Shown here: positions 26,062 through 29,859 of the stretch, piece after piece
How positions within the stretch are numbered: position 1 is the stretch's first letter
Layout: every line of letters starts with the position of its first letter
Source: Thermoanaerobaculia bacterium
Lineage (GTDB): Bacteria; Acidobacteriota; Thermoanaerobaculia; Multivoradales; UBA5704
Length of the DNA: 29,859 bases
Direction: 5' to 3'
NCBI GenBank assembly: GCA_044226625.1
Contig: JBGAGQ010000075.1
Coordinates: 1 to 29,859, forward strand
Position numbers and translations under genes: made by a program
Notes under the pieces: generated by a model
The model's database searches: none
Told to the model about the DNA's origin: nothing
Seen by the model: the letters and a program-made list of their open reading frames with translations, nothing else

Positions 26062-27053
26062 CGGCCCGGCTCCTCAGCCCCCTCCCGGGCTGCCGCAACG
26101 GCGGTCGGATCGGCGGGGACGGCCGAATCGGCCTCCGGCGCCATGTTCGCCGTGGCGAGCGCGGGAATCCCCCGCCGCTTGAGCAGGGCGAAACAGACCG
26201 CGCCGACGGCGACCTGGCCGGCGAGGCCGAGCGCGTGGTGGACCAGGCTGAAGCCGAGCAGGGTGGCCGAGCGGGCCGCCGGGGTGGCGGCGTGGACGAA
26301 CGGGGCGAACAGGAGCACCTGAAGCGCCTGCGCGGTGCCGAGACCGGACGGGGTGATCGGCAGCGCGGCGATCAGGACCACCGCGGGCAGCGCGGCGAGC
26401 CCGACACCGAGGGGGACCTCGATCCCCCAAACCCGGAACGACCCCCAGAGAACGAGCAGCAGGACCGCGACGTGGGGAACCCGCGCGGCGGTCGCCTTCA
26501 AGTGCCCGAGCAGCCCGGCACGGGCGAGCGTCGCGACCGGCTCCTTTTCGAGGTGGGTCGCGATCCAGCGCCCGAAGCGGGTGCGGGAGAAGATCCCCCG
26601 CGCGGCGAGCGCGGTGAGGTAGGTCTTCACGCCGTAGAGCACGACGCCGATCGCGATCGCCGCGCGCGCGTCGGTCCTCTGGGCAAAGGGGTGCGCCGCG
26701 GCGGCGACCAAGGTGAGCGAGATCGCGTTCGTCGCGAGCAGGAGCAGGACGATCCCCGCGCTGCGGGCGGCGCCCACGCCGGTTCGCGCGAGGTAGACGC
26801 CGAGCCCCCCTTGGCCCACCGCGTAGCTCAGCACGTTCAGCAGATAGGTCGAGCCGCGGACCAGGAACAGCTCGGAGAACGGCCGTTTCACCCCGGCGGC
26901 CGAGAGCGTGACCTGGGTCGCCCAGGCGTCGGCGGGAAGGACGGCGATCGCCTCGAACAGGGCGTAGAGGGCGAGCCACGCGACGGGACCGCGGCCGACG
27001 GCGGCGAGCACCTCGTCGAGCGGGATGCGCCAGAGCAGCAGCGCGAGGACCAC
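26058..27053 (-). CDS. Lysylphosphatidylglycerol-synthase TM / flippase-like (UPF0104) membrane protein
   Basis: Multi-TM; LPITPSGLGT motif. The frame stays open upstream to 27140, so the true start is probably earlier than this GTG. Confidence 0.8.
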   Translation of the reverse strand: MVLALLLWRIPLDEVLAAVGRGPVAWLALYALFEAIAVLPADAWATQVTLSAAGVKRPFSELFLVRGSTYLLNVLSYAVGQGGLGVYLARTGVGAARSAGIVLLLLATNAISLTLVAAAAHPFAQRTDARAAIAIGVVLYGVKTYLTALAARGIFSRTRFGRWIATHLEKEPVATLARAGLLGHLKATAARVPHVAVLLLVLWGSFRVWGIEVPLGVGLAALPAVVLIAALPITPSGLGTAQALQVLLFAPFVHAATPAARSATLLGFSLVHHALGLAGQVAVGAVCFALLKRRGIPALATANMAPEADSAVPADPTAVAAAREGAEEPGR

Positions 27054-27140
27054 GACGGCTGCGAGCCAGGGGAGCCAACGCAGCCAGCGGTTCGGAGCGG
27101 GGCGCGACGCTTTCGTCGAGGGCTCGATTTCGACCTCGGT

Positions 27141-28289
27141 CTACCGGCGTTGGATCAACATCAGGCTGACGAGGAACGAAGCGAAAATCGCCTGCGCGCC
27201 GATCACCATGGCGGTCATGCCGAGCGCGACGCCGCGCACCGCCATCAACGGGCCGCGGCCGGTGCTCCACCACTGGGCGACGATCTCGACCTCGGTACCC
27301 AGGCCGATCAGGAAGAGGAGGCCGCCCACCAGCAGGCCCTTTTCGAGCGAGAACCAGCGGGGGAGCTTGGCGAGCCACTGCCCGGGCCGGGCGAAACCCG
27401 CGCCCATCGAGAAGGTCTTCGCGATCACGTCGAACGTCACCAGGCTCGTCCCGAGGATCAGGGCGAGCGCGCCGAACAGGAGGACGTGGAAATCCCAGGT
27501 TCGGCCGAACAGCTCGCGCGGCCCGCCGGCGAGCCAGGCGACCAGCGTGCCGCCCAGGAGCATCAGGACGAAGCCGGGGAGCTGGAACAGGTAGGACGGG
27601 GAGAACATCAGCATGAACCGGACGTGGCGCCAGGCGTCGCGCACGCCGTTGAGCTTCGACTCGCCGATCCGCGGGTGGTAGGTGATCGGGATCTCTTCGA
27701 TCTTGAGCTGCTCGCGCAGCGCGTTGACCACCAGCTCGGAGGCGAACTCCATGCCGGTCGTCCGCAGGTGCATCCGGTCGTAGGCCTCGCGCGTGAACGA
27801 GCGCATGCCGCAGTGCGAATCCGAGATGCGAGTGCGGAACAGGATCTTGAGCATCCCCGAGAGGATCGGGTTGCCGATCCAGCGGTGGCTCCAGGGCATC
27901 GCTCCGGGGAGGATCTTGCCGCCGAGCCGCGTGCCCATGACGAGATCCTTCCCCTTTCGGAGCGGCTCGATGAAGCGCGCGATGTCGAGGAAGTCGTACG
28001 AGTCGTCTGAGTCGCCCATTACCAGGTAGCGCCCGCGCGCCTCGGCGAAGCCGCGCAGATAGGCCGACCCGTATCCTCGCCGCGACTCGCGCACCACCCG
28101 AGCGCCGGCCTTCTCAGCGATCTCCGGCGATCCGTCGGTCGAGCCGTTGTCGACCACGACCACCTCGCCGGACGCCCCCATCGCGGCGAGCGCCCGGAGC
28201 GCCTTCTCGACACAGATTCCGACCGATCCCGCCTCGTTCAAGCAGGGCATGACGACGGAAATCTCGGGGGCTTCGGAGAGAGATGCCAC
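27141..28289 (-). CDS. Glycosyltransferase family 2 (DPM1-like) with C-terminal TM helices
   Basis: SVVMPCLNEA, VVDNGSTDGS, GYGSA, MGDSDDSYD, DSHCGMR, GMEFASE, R.GESKL. Confidence 0.93.
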   Translation of the reverse strand: MASLSEAPEISVVMPCLNEAGSVGICVEKALRALAAMGASGEVVVVDNGSTDGSPEIAEKAGARVVRESRRGYGSAYLRGFAEARGRYLVMGDSDDSYDFLDIARFIEPLRKGKDLVMGTRLGGKILPGAMPWSHRWIGNPILSGMLKILFRTRISDSHCGMRSFTREAYDRMHLRTTGMEFASELVVNALREQLKIEEIPITYHPRIGESKLNGVRDAWRHVRFMLMFSPSYLFQLPGFVLMLLGGTLVAWLAGGPRELFGRTWDFHVLLFGALALILGTSLVTFDVIAKTFSMGAGFARPGQWLAKLPRWFSLEKGLLVGGLLFLIGLGTEVEIVAQWWSTGRGPLMAVRGVALGMTAMVIGAQAIFASFLVSLMLIQRR

Positions 28290-28388
28290 GGGAAAAGGCC
28301 TCAGGGTTAGGTGCTCAAAAGCGGGCGGATGATAGCACTCCCCGAACCTCTCCTCGGCGCGTTTCTCCCGGGCGCGCCCCGAGGAAGG

Positions 28389-29573
28389 TCAGGCGAGTGG
28401 ACGGACGCCGGAGAGCTCGGCGAACAGCGCCTCGTAGCGGCTCGCGATCGCCTCCCAGGTGAAGCACTCTTCGACCAGCGTCCGGCCGCGGCGGCCGGTT
28501 TCGGCCAGGCGGGCGTGGTCCCGGATCAGATCGAGGAGGGCGGCGCCGAGCGCCTCGGGGTCGGCGGGAGGAACGAGGACTCCCGAGCTCGCCCGGTCGA
28601 TGTCGCGGGACATGCCGACCACCGGGGTGGTGAGAACGGGCCGGCCGCAAGCCATCGCCTCGAGCAGGACGAGGCCGAAACCCTCCTGGCTGCCGTCGGT
28701 CGAGGGAAGCGCAAACAGGTGGCAAGCGCGGAAGAAGTCGACCAACTCGGCGTGCGGTATGAAGCCGAGGAAATCGACCCGGTCGGCGACGCCCAGCTCG
28801 GCGGCGAGCGCGCGATAACGGGGTAGCTCCTCGCCGGAGCCTCCGACCCGGAGACGGATCGGCGGATCCGTGGGGGCGCTTCCCTTCTTGGCGAGGGCCA
28901 GCGCCTGGAGCAGCTCGTCGAGCCCCTTGTAGCGATGGTGGCGGTCGAGCAGCGCGAGAAAGCCGACGATTCGCTCGGGACCTTCGGGGAAAGGGGCCGG
29001 GGAGAACAGCTCGGCGTCCACCCCCCAGGGGATGTGCTCGACTTTCGAGCGGAACGGCCGGAGGTGCAGGGAGAAATCGCCGTAGCCGGGGTTCGAAGTG
29101 ACGATCCGGGCCGAACGCCGGAGCAGCCCCGGCAGGAAGAGCCGATTGTAAGCCGCGCCGATCAGGCCCTTGATCCCCGGCCCGACCAGGTCGTTGTTAT
29201 AGGAAAAAACTAGCGGAATCCCCTTCTCCTCGGCGACGATCCCCGCGGCGTCGGCAAACCAGGCGGTCGGCATGTGGGTATGGATGACGTCCGCCTCCTC
29301 GCGCCGGAGCGCTTCGAGCAGGCCCCAGGAGAGGTTGGTGTTGCCGATCTTTCCTCGATACGGCAGGCGCACGACCTCAATCCCTTCCACCTCCGCCGGT
29401 CCGCCAGCCGGCTCGTCGGCGCAGACGACCCTGACGCGGTGCCCACGGCTCACCAGTTCGCGGCTCAAATGGAGGACGGTATTCTCGACCCCGCCCACGT
29501 ACGGGAAGAACCGGACCGCGACCTCGAGGACCCGGAGAGGCGTCTCGGGCCTTCGGAGCCCCTCAGCCGCCAT
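28389..29573 (-). CDS. Glycosyltransferase family 4
   Basis: FFPYVGGVE, DVIHTH, YKGLD, EGFGLVLLEAMACGRPV. Confidence 0.93.
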   Translation of the reverse strand: MAAEGLRRPETPLRVLEVAVRFFPYVGGVENTVLHLSRELVSRGHRVRVVCADEPAGGPAEVEGIEVVRLPYRGKIGNTNLSWGLLEALRREEADVIHTHMPTAWFADAAGIVAEEKGIPLVFSYNNDLVGPGIKGLIGAAYNRLFLPGLLRRSARIVTSNPGYGDFSLHLRPFRSKVEHIPWGVDAELFSPAPFPEGPERIVGFLALLDRHHRYKGLDELLQALALAKKGSAPTDPPIRLRVGGSGEELPRYRALAAELGVADRVDFLGFIPHAELVDFFRACHLFALPSTDGSQEGFGLVLLEAMACGRPVLTTPVVGMSRDIDRASSGVLVPPADPEALGAALLDLIRDHARLAETGRRGRTLVEECFTWEAIASRYEALFAELSGVRPLA

Positions 29574-29859
29574 AGACGATCCAGACGACCGCGAGCCCCC
29601 AGAGCGCGATGTTGATCAGGAAGGGCGGGTCGCGCAGGATCGCATCGGTCGGGCTCCGCCGGTCGGCGAGCTGGTACATCAGGTAGAGGTAGCGGAAGAT
29701 CCCGAACAGCACGAGCGGCACGGTGTAGACCAGGTGCTCGGAGTGGTACTTCTCGACCGTCTCGGGCGCCACGGCATAGAGCGCGTAGGAGACGACGGTC
29801 GAGGCGGTGACCACGTTGATCATCTGATCGAGGAACGCCGGGCTGTACTGGTCGAGCAC
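29563..29859 (-). CDS. UbiA family decaprenyl-phosphate phosphoribosyltransferase-like protein (C-terminal part only)
   Basis: L..YS..FLDQM, SYALY, TVP.V.FGIFRYLY, SPTD..L.D C-terminal pattern; 5' part lies outside the window. Confidence 0.85.
   Translation of the reverse strand: MLDQYSPAFLDQMINVVTASTVVSYALYAVAPETVEKYHSEHLVYTVPLVLFGIFRYLYLMYQLADRRSPTDAILRDPPFLINIALWGLAVVWIVYGG

Overview
High-GC bacterial chromosomal window; gene content and order suggest Acidobacteriota (possibly Thermoanaerobaculia), which is inference. Left part (1-13.3 kb, + strand): housekeeping/envelope genes aat, PagL-like deacylase, Trm112-like, O-antigen ligase family, tlyA, nadK, TamB, Omp85, Glu/Leu/Phe/Val dehydrogenase, several linked by NTGA stop/start overlaps. 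Middle (13.3-22 kb): accessory region around a tRNA-Sec gene that the ORF track misses. Downstream of the tRNA on the same strand are five short genes: two secreted Cys-rich mini-proteins, a secreted hypothetical, a helical basic-tailed protein preceded by a ~226-bp palindromic 21-bp-periodic array, and an orphan lanthipeptide-like RiPP precursor. The middle also has two stress genes with sigma54-like promoters, a PIN toxin-antitoxin pair, a class V PLP enzyme and a multi-hairpin REP-like cluster. Right part (22-29.9 kb, - strand): BlaI/M56 pair with a clear promoter and tandem operators, and a glycosylation cluster (UbiA-type, GT4, GT2, flippase-like, GT4) in which the GT2 and flippase-like ORFs are in frame and separated by one TAG. 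Best candidates for something undescribed: the periodic palindrome plus helical protein, and the Cys-rich peptide/RiPP islet next to selC.
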